A stretch of DNA of 64,000 bases from Bispira polyomma (taxonomy: Eukaryota), in contig OZ287754.1 in NCBI GenBank assembly GCA_965649765.1, positions 36,828,001-36,892,000 of the forward strand, read 5' to 3'. How positions within the stretch are numbered: position 1 is the first letter of the stretch; every line of letters begins with the position of its first letter. Made by a program: the position numbers and the translations under genes. Below the pieces are notes generated by a model. The model worked only from the letters and a program-made list of their open reading frames with translations. It did no database searches and was not told the DNA's origin. Below are positions 1-13,150 of the stretch, in pieces.

Positions 1-14
1 CCATTGAAACCTGT

Positions 15-382
15 GGCCTGTGGCACCAACCGCCTAGCAAAGGGAGCGTCCTGTCCGTCATGCCCCCTCCTGGCGATGCATTATATGACCCAGGGGAGGC
101 ATAAGAAACAGGACCCCACCTTCACACGGCGCCGTGTTCAAATCTGCCTTAGGCCTTGCTGTCAGGTTTCCTTTTGGAAACTATTTGGACAAAGAATAAT
201 TTTAACTGTGAAAACGGAATGTATAATGGGTTGGAAACCCAAGGGCTGTGGCACCAACCGTCTAGCAGAAGGACTATTCTGTCAGTCATGACATCCTCTG
301 TAGTTGCATCATATGACCCAGGGGAGCATAAGGAACAGAACAGCCCTCCCACACGACCCGGGTTCGAACCCACCCCACATCC
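15..382 (+). ncRNA. Two tandem tRNA/VA-RNA-like structured units (15-155 and 243-382), putative Pol III RNAs
   Basis: Each has a GTGGCACCAACCGYCTAGC A-box-like start, a long covarying hairpin, a B-box (GTGTTCAAATC at 134-144; GGTTCGAACC at 361-370) and terminal pairing (GGCCTG/TAGGCC in copy 1). Confidence 0.4.
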
Positions 383-522
383 ATTACCCAGTGTACAAAA
401 GGGGAGTGTTGTTTAAATCTACTCAATATAATCTATCAATCACTTAGCCCCCAATAATTGCCACAGAATGCTGACCTCCAGTCTAGCAATATGCTGTCGT
501 TAGGGGAGGTGGTGGGTTTAAC

Positions 523-746
523 AAAAATTCTTTCCACTTGTTGTCTCGTTAAAATCGAAGTTTAAAATGGCCAATTCAATATGGAGTTTGTAAAATGAAG
601 CTTAAGCTGCAAGTGTGTGGGCTGTGATTGGCTAGAGGTTGGTACACAATTTTTGGGTATATGTCTAAAGCTAAATTTAAGGTAATGAAGTATATAATGT
701 TTAAGGTGGACTGAACTAACAGTCCCCTGAAGGGGCCTGTTGGGCA
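523..746 (-). repeat. Split direct repeat A2 of the Ngaro element
   Basis: Matches 5756-5979 with only 2 visible substitutions. Confidence 0.95.
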
Positions 747-956
747 CAGTCTACTTGATAGTTGAGATAAGAGATTGACCAACATACATAGTAAGTGAAT
801 GAGATAGTCCATGGGGTAAGTTATTTTTTGAAGATCAGTAATGAGATTTCTGTTTGAGCATTTTATTTTTTATATACATGTTAGTATATATATACAGGTT
901 AACAATTTGTAAAATGAATGTTTAAAATTTTATAAATTTTTAAGCCCCAAGCCCAA

Positions 957-1870
957 CTAGAAAGAAGAAGGTATAGCAGAGGCAAAAGTGTTAGGCACCA
1001 ACGATGCAGCCATAGATGTCTTTTGTAAATAAGCCCAAACTGAGGAAGATCTCCATAAGCCATGTGACATTATGTTTTGTAAGGATACATTATGGTTAAA
1101 CGCAAAAAGTTGCACCAGACCTTCTAAATGTGTGAAAACCATGTGTTGAGTATTGAATACCTATATGTGTTAAGACTTGTTCAGGTGCAGTTCGCACATG
1201 TGTTTCCACTACAGTTTGGAATGGACTTAAGTTTACTGCAAATAGTGGTGCAGTAGGAGGTAAAGGTCTAGAAGCTAATAAGTTCCTCAATGCCAGAACA
1301 GGACAAATAGCCTTGTTCTGCAGCTGTGGAATCTGTATAATATGTGTGTCTGTTCTGTTCTGTAGATTTTTGGCCCACTTCAAAATGATGTGGCCCCTGG
1401 GTGTCCAAAAATAATGTCTTGTCTGAGAAAATGTCTGGTATTATCAAATGAAGCTCTAGAATGTGGGGCAATGTTTGAAAGCCTAAGAAAAGCAACATAA
1501 GCCCTATATAATATGGGATCAAGTAAAATGTCACAAGCCCTAGCAATACCAGCCAACTGTGAAATATCAAATAAGCCCTTATATTTAGGCCGAAATGTAG
1601 AGTTTATTGTGATACTTCTAATAAATAATGCAACAGCGTTGTGGGTGAAGGGTGCCAAATCCCAATTTAGCTTTCTGGCCATAAATTTCAGTGATGATAT
1701 ATAATTGGCTATTACAGCTGGAAAAGTGTTATTCTGAGTAAGATATTCTAAAAATGCCAACACTGAATGAACTGAAACTTGAGTGATACCTGTAAACTGA
1801 TTGAATGCCAGGAATGTCTTAAACTGATTATTATAGCTAGCAGTTGTCTTTGGTCTTAGAGCTGTATCTA
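957..1870 (-). pseudogene. Tyrosine recombinase of the Ngaro element (frameshifted)
   Basis: ORF fragments 1380-1763, 1096-1383 and 957-1142 carry FLRLSN, CPV, HTFRRSGA and HGLWRSSSVWAYL (R...HxxR...H/W...Y catalytic set). Confidence 0.9.
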
Positions 1871-1924
1871 TTCTACTGCATGCTGAATTGATGAAGTGTT
1901 GGCTGGAAGGTGTAAAACCTGAAA

Positions 1925-3861
1925 TTATAATGATAAATTAAGATCAAAATGTGTGATAGGCACCACTTCCCAGTTAAAATTGTTGTATAAATCATACAAT
2001 GTTTGTTTGTTGGGTGGTGTTTCACAGTATATTCTGGATAATGCTTCAGCTGTAACATTAAGTTTCCCTGGAATATGTTTATTATTAATAGTGATATTAT
2101 GTGTTGCAGTTATTAGCCAAATATTCCTTAAACAAAGGGCCAGAAAGTCATCTTTAGTTTTTTGATTCTCTACAACCAGTACAACGGCCATGTTGTCACA
2201 GTGAACAGTTAGTCTACTGTGAACCCATTTCTCCCCCCAAATTTTTAAAGCAATAACTATATTGAGCATCTCAAGATGCACGATGGTAAGTTCCTTAGCA
2301 TATACATTGTAATATGGAGTTGCATACACCTGCTTATTCCAAACACCTCCCAAGCCTGATAAGCAGGCGTCCAGATGTAAATTTGTATCATTTAAACTTT
2401 CTTTTGGATCAATGTAAGTAATTCCATTGTACTGAGGTAAAAATTTTCTAAACCAAGCCAAGTCTGCTTGCATTTCTTGAGTAACGTCAAATTTGTTTGT
2501 AAATTGGTTATGTCTGAATGTGAATAGAAGTCTATTTAAAAAAGAACGTGCAGAACGTACACATTTCTGGATGTAGAGTAGTTTGCCTAACAAAGATTAA
2601 AATTTTGTACGTGAAATGTGGCGCTTATTGGACACGTCCTTAACTGTTTCTAAAATTTCTTTTATTTTTTCAGGTTGTATGCTAATTGTTCCTGCTACTA
2701 TGTCAAAATCTATACCTAAGCATGTAAGTCTTGTAGTAGGAGGGGTAAATTTGTCAGCATTCATGGAAAAACCTAATTTTTCCAATAGCTTACTCAAAAT
2801 GTTGAAGCCTTTTTCTGCTTCCTGCTTACTGCAGACGCAAATGTAGTCATTGATATTACAGAATAGATTGTATCTGTGTTTCTTCATATGTGACGCAATT
2901 GCGTCCTAACAACGCTGAAAAGATGCACTTCCGTGTATCCAGCTGAAGGCTATCGCAGGGTCCACATATTGGCCTTCAGCGAATTGAATTCCTAATTTTA
3001 AGGCATCTACTGGATCAACTCTGAGATTACGGAATGCTCGGGCACTGGATCTATTGTATTACGAATTGCTTCTGTTATATCATCAATTGTAGGAAATTTC
3101 AGTAAAAACTTGACCCCATCGAATCGTGTTCTGTCAACATTTTTATTTACAGAACTGCCCTGAGGGTAAGATAGGTTAAGTATTACTCTGCGTTTATCTG
3201 TGTCCTTTGGTCTAGTGAGAAGAGGGGAGCAGTGGTAGTGTGGCGAATTAACCTTTGCTACTGGGTCCAACATGGCCCCCTTTGACTTTTCTTTGGCCAG
3301 ATATTCCCCAACTTCCTTAGAAAATTGTACAGCAGAGTAGTGATTTATGATCTTAGCATTTCTTAATTGTGAAGGGTCAGTAAGTGATGAGGGGAAACCG
3401 AATTTAATATATTGTAAAAGTAGCTGGTCTGGATAATCTACCAACATTTCTTCCCATGCTTTATGGTGTAAGCCTGAGATAAGTGGAATTCTTGCCTGCT
3501 TATAGTTAGGGAATCCTGTGCCTCTAACTACAGCAGCAATTTTCAACATTTTTTCAATTGAGTCAATTTCCCTAGGTTCTTGTTCAGGGTCTGTAAATTC
3601 AAAGTTTGTTGGAGATAGTGCTATGAAACCTACTTTCTTATCCCTTATGTTAATATCCTTAATTTGCTTGTTACTGATGATATCAGTAGGGTCAAGTACA
3701 CTAGTTTTGAAGAAGAAATCACGGATCGGACATGTGTATATTTTATCACTAGGCACTCTGTCCAGATTCTGTTGCCTATCCATGTTACTTACTGTTTCAC
3801 TGGTTGTATCACCCCATAAAGCCTCAGCTTTGTTTGAGTCTGCAGCTTCAACATTACACAT
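1925..3861 (-). pseudogene. Reverse transcriptase/RNase H of the Ngaro element (disrupted)
   Basis: RT: SPLLTRPK...RRVILNLSYP, decayed YxDD (NINDY), LGIDFD. RNase H: HLDACLSGLGG, IVHLEMLN, HCDN, HIPGKLNVTAEALSR. Several stops and frameshifts. Confidence 0.9.
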
Positions 3862-4242
3862 TTATTCATCTTGTACCTGATGGAAACCCTGCAAAATGTC
3901 GTTGTGACTGGCCTGAAATTCAAATTCAGAAGAAATATTAGAAACAGATTTTTGGCTGCTGTCTGGTATAACAGGGACGTTCACATCATTATCAGTTACT
4001 TCTAAAGGCCCATTCCTGTAACAAGATGAAATAACATTGTTGGCTACATTATGACTATCATTATTTACATTATGATATAAATAATCATTTCTAAATGTTT
4101 TTCCATAAATATTATTTTCATTACACATCATGCTAGAATGACTATTAATATTACTTTCTACTATCTTAGCCTCACATTTTGTTTCTATTCTGCTATTACA
4201 TTCAGTTCTAATTGTTCGTTTAACTGGTTGTCGAAAAATATC

Positions 4243-5653
4243 CTAGCTAGTTTTACTTTGGTTTGATTGACTATCTAGCTGCTTACTATTTGCTCTATAA
4301 CATTTAAATTCCGGATGATTGGAATCTTTCCCTAAAGTACGGCTACAATGCCAACAGACATGCCTGTAATTACTGTGATCTGTCTTATGACTACATTTTC
4401 CATTGTTATAAAGTTTACAGATCATTTTTGTTTCACTATTGCTTGTTACACTACTAGAAGAAGCATCATTCAGCATAACCATCTGAGAAGCACTTAATCT
4501 ATTAAGTGCCCACTGGGTGTCATTCGCCCAAGAGAGCCTGCCCAACCTCATGCATACTAACTGCCCATGCTGTTCTCATGACATGCCAGGGGAGAGACGA
4601 AGCATCCTGAAGTGCTGCAATTACCTGCCAAATCATGTCCCTCATCTTATTAGGATCTGCAATAAGGAGAGAGTTCGCTAGCTGCCCTGCAGCCCACTGG
4701 GCCATCGAGAGGTCGTCGAATGCAGGTTTCTTCTTGGCTGATCCGCCTGCCCAGCCCTCATTGGGCCAAGGTAATCTAGGGTCTACTGTTGTCACATCTG
4801 TGCTGTTAAATCTACCTGACTTATGCTTAAGTGACGGCTTACCTTGAGATAAATCTCTGTTAGCCATGGCCGTGTACTGAGCCAACTGCCTAGATACTTC
4901 TGCCTGGATGTGTGGCAACAAACGAAGCGCGTCTACACTCGGCACGATTCCATCCTGGTGGAAATCAGTCCCTGTGGGAGTAGGTTGTGTAGTGGTCAAC
5001 ATCTGACGTGGAACGTTCTGCATGTAAGTGGGTGGAAGGCCCGTGACAGGTACCGATGAAACGTGAGTAGCCGACCCACTGGCTACTTGTGGAAACGCAC
5101 CCAAGTTGTGCTGTAGGTTGAGTACCCACGGGTGGTGGTTGAGTAATGGGCGCAACCTGGCCAAAAAGGCCAAGGCTGGCCGAGGACGCCCCTGTTGGAT
5201 GGGTCGTGAGCAGTGAAGCCGTCGTCGGAATCTGAGGGATCATCGACCCGTGAGATGTGCCCAATACTGGTGGTAACACTGACTTTGTCGCGTTCGCCAC
5301 AGACGTCCGCTCGACTTTTGACAGTCATTTTGAAAGCTTTGCGTTAGAAGATTCTAATCTTAGTAAAATTGCCATCATATCAGACGAATTGTCGGGTGAC
5401 TGTGAACTCGGCCTAAGTAAATGGCATTTTGTAACATAATAGGCGATGCCTCACTCTGTACTTGCTGGTATACTAGATCAGTATCTGCCGAGTCGTGGGT
5501 ACTAGACGAACCCGCTACCTCTACTAACTGACTGTTAAGGTTCATTATTATAGAATCTGATATCTGTCCTTTTTTACCACGTTTAGTTGACAAAGGCTTT
5601 TTCGTTGACTTCTTTGCAGTACTCTGTGTGGGCGTTTTCTTCGTCCTTCCCAT
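4243..5653 (-). pseudogene. Gag-like ORF1 of the Ngaro element (disrupted)
   Basis: Basic N-terminus, low-complexity middle and a C-terminal CKLYNNGKC...H.CWHC...HPEFKC zinc-finger region, split over several ORFs. Confidence 0.75.
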
Positions 5654-5755
5654 ATTTCACAACATAAAATACACGACTAGTAAGAGTATAAAAAGTATGT
5701 AAACTAAAAACAAATAAAATAAAATCTATCACAGTTCATTTAAACACTTTTTAAG

Positions 5756-5979
5756 AAAAATTCTTTCCACTTGTTGTCTCGTTAAAATCGAAGTTTAAAA
5801 TGGCCAATTCAATATGGAGTTTGTAAAATGAAGCTTAAGCTGCAAGTGTGTGGGCTGTGATTGGCTAGAGGTTGGTACACAATTTTTGGGTATACGTCTA
5901 AAGCTAAATTTAAGGTAATGAAATATATAATGTTTAAGGTGGACTGAACTAACAGTCCCCTGAAGGGGCCTGTTGGGCA
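5756..5979 (-). repeat. Split direct repeat A1 (5' terminus) of the Ngaro element
   Basis: Matches 523-746 at offset 5233. Confidence 0.95.
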
Positions 5980-6269
5980 AATCCCCAAAGACTTTCTTGA
6001 TGCACTGCTCTTTTATATGTGCTTAGGAATGAATTGGTAGCACTTGGTAGTGTCTGAATTAATGTTTTAAACCATGAATGAAAAGTGCTTCATAAAGAAA
6101 TGATGTTAATAATTAATGCATTTACTATATTCCATGTATGAATTAATGTTTTAAACCATGAATGCAAAGTGCTTTATAAAGAAATAAAGGAGTTAAATTT
6201 TAAGGCTGGTATCCATAATTTACTGAATCATAAATAAAATAATTTAAATTTCTCACAATCTGAAATTTT

Positions 6270-6557
6270 AATTCCCCCTATTTTAATCTCGCCTAGGCGG
6301 ATTTAAAATCTGCCTAGGTGAAATCAAAATTTTAACTTGGTCTATGCAGATTTTAAATCCACCTAGGCGAGATTAAAATTCTATTAGACAAACTTGGAAA
6401 TTTTTATTCCGCCTAGGCGAAATCAAAATTTTAATCTCGCCTAGGCGGATTTAAAATCTGCCTAGACCAAATTAAAATTTTTATTTCGCCTAGGCGAGAT
6501 TAGAATTTTAATCTCGCCTAGGCAGATTTAAAATCCGCCTGGATTTTAATTTGGCCT
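6270..6557. repeat. Array of short palindromic repeats with CCTAGG cores
   Basis: Repeated ttttaatctcgCCTAGGcggatttaaaa units in both orientations. Confidence 0.8.
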
Positions 6558-7662
6558 GTGACATATATATAGCTTCAAAGAGCTGTATTAACTTTTTTTT
6601 TTGACACCAGAGTAATAAAAAACTGAATTCCTCTCGAGTCGGATAGGGGTTTTCCTATAATAAGAGTTCGGGTGTTTCATGAGGCATCGAATTATGAAGT
6701 TAAAACTCAAGATCACTTACAATAAGAAAACTCAGTTTTAAGGAAGACACACCAAGGGGGAGTATATCCAGTAACAGAAGACACGATGCTGTGTATGTGA
6801 AATGAAGTGGAAGAATAATAACTCTTACGATAGAATGTCTTAAAATAAGGAGATAGAATAGGATCCTTTGTCACGTTTTTCATTTGTCTGTGAAAAGAAA
6901 CTAACTAAAAAATTAAATGAAATGTTACAGGGGAATACCAGCATAACACCTACGTGTCCACAACCTGGCTTTTGGCATGAATAATCTGCCCCCCCCCCCC
7001 TTTAATAATAATAATTGAAGCATTTATAGACGGCCAAATTGATGAAAAAACATCCTCTAAGACTTAGACATTCCCGTTGTAATATACAACCGAGAAAACC
7101 TACACAGTTTTGCCAAGCCGAAGATTTTACACATATACCATGAACAAACAACCCAGAGAATTTAAGAATATCTGGAGTGAAGTGTAAATCCATGTGGCCA
7201 TAGCTGTGCTTTATAAGTCTTTTGTAAAAGTAAATGTGCCATTTGTTGTGTCAAGTAGGTCTGAAGAAATAAAGTGAGCAATTTTTCATATAATCTGGTA
7301 ACCTAATATAGATCCAATTCTACTGATTGTTAGTTAGCCCTTAAAGAGAGTTTCTTTCAAACCAAGAAGCTGAATCGTGTACATATACATCGTGCAAAGA
7401 TATAACAGGGGTAAATATTAGTACCCAAATACGGCGGAAAATACATCAATACATTTCCTTGTTTCGACTTCTCTCTGTATATACATTTCATCATTTTATA
7501 AAGAGTGTTTTAAAATATATTCATTTAGATATGTTAAAACCGACCTAAGGATATTAGAAAAAACATTTTCTCAGCTATATATGTACATAAAATAAATGAT
7601 AGTAATAATAATAATAAGCTTTATTCTATAAACAATGCTCTAATCTAATTAATGCTATAAAC

Positions 7663-10600
7663 ATGAAGCTACATCAGTATGTTTGGAATCATTGTGTAAT
7701 CTGTGTTTATTATTTTATGTTGTGTGATGGACTACTTCAGCACAAAACAGAGACACAGTGTCTCTGGAGTAAAGAGGATTCTAACCCTGACAATACTCCA
7801 CCTCAAACAAAGGTGTCCCTAAGCTGTTTGGGCAATGTAGATGCTATCATCCACTTATTATAGACGTCTGTGACAATACATGTTTGACTGCCAGTGACTC
7901 GACAAAACAGAGTATTAATTCATCGTGTTGGGCAAGACTGGTGCTTATTGACTACTTATGTGTACAAGAGTGTAAGTGGTCTGGCTTTTTTTGTTTTTGT
8001 TTTGTTATCAGTAAAATAGAAATACTTTAGACACATGTAAAATGCCACTTTCAATGAATGTCACACCTTTTCGGTTTACTGCTAATTGAAAATCCTTCCG
8101 TATCTGCTCCACTTCTGAATGTTTTAAACTGTGTAAAACATCCGTTGCAAAAGCCAAACCATAGCCTGTTTACTCCTAAATGGATGCTTCACCAATCGTG
8201 CACCAATACAACATGAGGTACTGCTTTAATTGCATTTCCATTTTTATGAAATGAAGAACCCCATTTATGACGATATAGTCACATAGATGGACGATTAATA
8301 AATGATATGCGACGTCTTATAATATTTTGAGCTATTCCCAATAACCCCAAAGTGTCTTGTAGAGCCATAATGCTTTCCTGGTGTTAATAATTGGACAAGG
8401 CAGTGTTTGTTTATTAGTTCTAAGAACGTGCCATACATTTCCATATCTTTCCATAAGATTATATGACATAATTTTCGATGTTCAGACCAAAATTACCACA
8501 TTTGCCAACAATTTAAAATACCAAATTAAACTGTTGATGTATTCGCATGGTTATGATCATGCATGTAGGTGTGACCCAGGCATAAGTACAAAAAGCCTTT
8601 GTGTGATGTATTTTGATATTTTACTGAAAAAGCAAATCAGGTTTAAGCAGTTAGACTTTAGTTTAGTCTAATGCAAGGTTATGATTATACTGTAATAGAT
8701 ACTTAGGTCAAAGTGAACCCATGTAAATCTAGAATGCTGTATGACATTGTGAAGTAAATCAGTGAGCACTAAAGTGTCATATAATTATCTAAGAACTTTG
8801 GAAAGCTATTTGTTTGGTTGGAAAATGGATAGTTTATAAAACTAATACTTTAGTGGGTTTGTCAATAATGCCTTAGTTAATTGATTTACTCTACAGTTTA
8901 GAATTGATACTACATAAAGACAGAAACTGATGGTTTTATGCCATAAGTGACATGGGAATTGGCTGACATAAACTCTTTGAACTTTTGATCTTTATCTAAT
9001 CATCTAGAATTGCCCAAATGGTAGCACAGAACTAAAGTGACATTAAGTATGGACTATTTATATGTCATCAAGTGCTAATATAGAAGCCATGAGGTGAATT
9101 CTTAATATTCTATTCTTTATGTGTACCATTTTAGCATGTGACTTGAATGGTGCAATAACTACAACAGCGACAAAAGCAACAATGCCAATTACAGATGGCA
9201 ACTTTGGAGAAACTAATCCAAGTAAGATTCTAAGCTAACTATAAAGATTTATTGCACCTGATACTTACAGAGAAACATTTTATGGGGCAACTATTTGGAA
9301 AGAGTTATTTAAAAACCTGCATATATCAATGTGTCTGCTTCAATATTGTGGCAGACTAAAATTCTTAAGTTAACAAAACTTTAAGTCACATTTCAGTTTG
9401 AATTTTGAAGTTTGTTGGGTTTTACGTCCATTTACGACAGGCAACGTTTTACACAATGGCTAGTTTCCATGGTAAAAGAGACCAGGGCTCAAGCACAAAA
9501 AACCCATAGGCCTACGGCAAGTTTTTGACAAAGTTTTCCACATGAAGGAACGAATGGGATTCAAATCAACATTGCTGAGAGGCCAGTGAATGTGATTGCA
9601 CTTCTAAACACTAGGTCATCATGCCTCAAATTGATATGTACATCAAATAATGCCAAATGATTCTTTTGATTATAAAACATAACACATGACATTTCTCATG
9701 TTAGGAAGCATGGATTTACGTATTTAAGAATACTTTTGTTAGCTTAATAAGTTATTAACCTGGAAGTAAATTGATGATGGAAATTACTAATGGTCAATAT
9801 TACTGAATTGCCGTTCATGCATTACATATGATAACATTCTGTAATTATATTCTAATTTTAATGATATTATATTTGCTCAAAGTTAGGTTAAAGTTGTTTT
9901 TGTTCATATCACTAATTATCTAGATAACCCCAGTTAAGAAGTAAAATAATTAATAACGCAGGATTTCTTTATAACAGATACGTCTACTGATGCTATTTGT
10001 GGTGCAGCAAATAACAGGAAATACCACATTGCATTAGGTGTGATAATACCTATCAGTTTGTTAGCAGGAGCATTTATAATGCTACTGGTCTCAAAGTGAG
10101 TATGTTTTTATTATATTGTATTATCATTAAAATACGAGACTTAATATTTATAATTTAAATACGGGGTAAAAATACAGGATTGAATATATCACAACTATGG
10201 CTGTGCGACCATCCTCAGATTTGAAATTTACTGTACTAAAACAACATTTCAACAGATGATTATTGGCCGTTTTATAACATTTGTTTGATATTTTACTGAA
10301 TGAATGTTTAAAGCAAATATAATATTTTTAATTTATGTTGTGTTAACTGATGTTTACAGGTTTTGTAAGCAGAGATTTTCTCCAGAGAAACCAACTACCT
10401 CAGAGGAAACAACCACAGAGAGTGATTCAAACCAGATATCAGGTCCAAACGACCAACGTCCCACGACAAACCAGTACGCACACATCAGGGAATCTGAAAT
10501 ACAACAGACTGGCTTCAGGGAGGGAGGTGAGCGTACTTTGACTGGCATCAGTGAAAAGTATGAATCTATAAAGTTCAGTGGAAACAGACCATGGGATGAA

Positions 10601-11242
10601 GATGGAACAACTAGGTCTGGTTACCAGAATATACCAACATTACAGACTGATATGTGGAAGGGGCAAGGGATAGAGGGTAAAAGAGGTAGGATTGGGTGTG
10701 AGGATGAAGTAGTAAAGACCCATGATGGAAACATGACCAAATATGAATCATTGAAGTTTGAAAACAAAAACCCCGGGTCAGTGGGAGAGATGGTATCATG
10801 CAGAAATAATGTCATGGAGAATACCAGTTGTAAAAGTAAACCTACAACACCATCAAAACCAAAAATAAAGACACTATGGAAGAATCATGGAAGAAGTGGA
10901 GCGAGCTCTGAGAATGAAGCATTTCGTGCCAGTTTGGCTAGTTTATCTGAGAGGTATGAACCTATAAACTTTAGTGAAAAACCAGGAAAGGAGAATGAAA
11001 CAGATGGACAAATGGAACACAGTATTGATCATAAGAGCCAAGTTAATGAACATATTTACCTTGGCAGAATGACCTCAAACTCCAGTACAGCTCAAGAAGG
11101 TCATTTGGGTACAAGTGGAACGATGAGTGGAACTGACTATTTGACTGTGCAGCACAATAGCATGATGGATGACGTGACTGATGAAGCCTATTACATGGAT
11201 ATGACTAAATGTGATACACATAATGATGAAATTGTTATATAA
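7663..11242 (+). pseudogene. SUEL-lectin-like type I membrane receptor, paralog 1 (exon 1 internally deleted and frameshifted)
   Basis: Exons 7663-7971, 9135-9221, 9978-10095 (TM) and 10360-11242, all GT-AG with phases 1/1/2 as in the paralogs. Exon 1 hits TAG at 7861, while the domain C-terminus (CWARLVLIDYLC) follows in another frame. The Tyr-motif-rich tail is intact. Confidence 0.8.
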
Positions 11243-11650
11243 CCTATAATGTTGAAGGTGCTGTAAAACCCAAAATGAAATACCACCTAATAACTGTTCA
11301 TTGTTATTCTGAGATCATGTCAGATTTTGTGTTTATCTCAGAAAGGTCAAATATAATTGCAACCCAAAATCTGTGACTGGTCATCAATGTTAATCAACAC
11401 TACCCATTAAAATGACAGATTGTAGTTATCCTGTGTCTGAAGCTGTACAAATAGAGGAAAATATAGTGTAAATGCTAGCTCGGCATGTAAAACAACAGTG
11501 CTGGTGTTTACATTATTACGGCACACTTTTGTGAAAAAGTATTTCCACTGTCTGTTGCACTTTTGCGAAAAGGGTGAAATTAACGTTTTGTAAATTTACT
11601 TTGTACAAGAAAAAATTCAACAAAAAATTCACAAACCTGGTGTCAAGAAA

Positions 11651-11770
11651 AGTTGCCTATTGTTGGACAGGGGTTGCCTATTGTTAAACAGGGGTTGCCT
11701 ATTGTTGAACAGGGGTTGCCTATTGTTGAACAGGGGTTGCCTATTGTTGAACAGGGGTTGCTTATTGTCG
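11651..11770. repeat. 21-bp minisatellite (gttgcctattgttgaacaggg), about 5.5 copies
   Basis: Direct tandem units visible. Confidence 0.9.
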
Positions 11771-13044
11771 GATGGGTCCCTATTTTCAGGTCTATTAAGT
11801 GAGTGTGTGCCTATTGTCTCAATTCGGGACAGCCCAGGCATTTTAAAGTTGTTTTGTGTTCGAATGGCAGTGTTGATTAAATTAGTAATATGTGATCCAG
11901 TAATAGGGTGCTTCTCTTTTGTCTTTTACCTCTCTCATTTCAATGTATAGGGCCTTTTAACTTTTGATAGAAACATCACCCTTTATTCTGTAAGGACACG
12001 GGGAGTTTAATTTTTAGGTCATATTGTAGATCTTCTGATTAACCGAGCGCTTACTGAAGGTTTTGGTCAGGTAGAAATAATGTATCGTTTTGTTGTCAAT
12101 CATAGGCTTTGCGCCAGATCATTGGCTGATTGTAAAATTAATTTTATCTTACTGTTCCATTTTGGTATTTTCCTACAAGTCACCCATATCCTTTTCTAAT
12201 CTGACCATTGCTGCCCTTACCACTGAATTTACACAGGCCCTGTTGCTCAACAAAGCTTTGGGGACAACGATCTTTTCAATACATTTATTCCTTGTTTAAA
12301 TAATAATTCAATCATATTTTTCAGCAATATGGGAAATAACAGTCCCTAAAATAAGAATCCCGCTGTATCCTTTTGTTTTAATAACAATCAGTTCAGCATA
12401 TATGTCTTTTAAAGGACTATGTAACATACAAGCTTTATACCGAAGAAGTAACTTGGTTATCTATAGTCCTTTGAAAACCAGTTCAGAAATGTTTGCTCCA
12501 GGATATAGAGATAACCCCTGTCATACAGGCATACACATGTTCAGTCCAGGTGTTACCCACAATAACATTCACGCCCATGAAACACGACTCGAATGATAAC
12601 TCCATTAACCTAAACATTTCATTAACCATTATCTTATATACTAAGTTGGCTATGAGGTGTGAATGACACTTGGATGTTGAAGTCCGCATGAAAATATAGA
12701 TGTGACCTTGTTTCGGATAGATCTGACACTTAAAGTCAGGCTCTGAGGTTTGTTATAGTGGGGCCAGGATTAATGTTGACATCTCCAAGTAAAATATTAA
12801 GGATGAGGCTAATCTAGAAATCACCAGGTCGTTCCATAACTACAGTATGTGGTCCATTTCTATACCTCCCCCAAGGCACTAACATGCCAACCCGTGAAAT
12901 ATCCTGGATCTCTCCTTCTTTGATCTAACCCAAAATTAAATGGATTCCCCCTTGGCCCAAGCCAAAGTGCATGTAAACTGGTTCAGTTTGGTTTGTGCAA
13001 TCTTCGTGAAAACATTCCCTCGGTGGAGGTATCAATATCTATAT

Positions 13045-13150
13045 TTTGGCTTAGTGCGGTTCTAATGGGCCTCCACAGTGCTTCTGTACAACATCTCAAA
13101 CAGCATGGTTACTGGAGAAATGATGCCATATCACACTATCTCTCTCCTCC
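13045..13150 (+). mobile_element. Relic tyrosine-recombinase C-terminus
   Basis: Translation LKQHGYWRNDAISHYL resembles the YR HGxWxSxA...Y motif seen at 957-1142. Confidence 0.4.

Larger units (their letters stand above)
1..5979 (-). mobile_element. Ngaro/PAT-type tyrosine-recombinase retrotransposon, degenerate; 3' end probably runs off the window start
   Basis: Minus-strand order gag-like (CCCH zinc finger) > RT > RNase H > YR. A 224-bp direct repeat at 5756-5979 and 523-746 fits the split-direct-repeat architecture. No methyltransferase domain seen. Confidence 0.9.

Noticed and set aside
1-520. Hammerhead or HDV ribozyme in the duplicated units
   Set aside because: No CUGAUGA...GAAA core or convincing HDV pseudoknot found by eye on either strand
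11629-11950. Repetitive ORFs (LLNRGC/NNRQPLF)
   Set aside because: Translations of a 21-bp minisatellite
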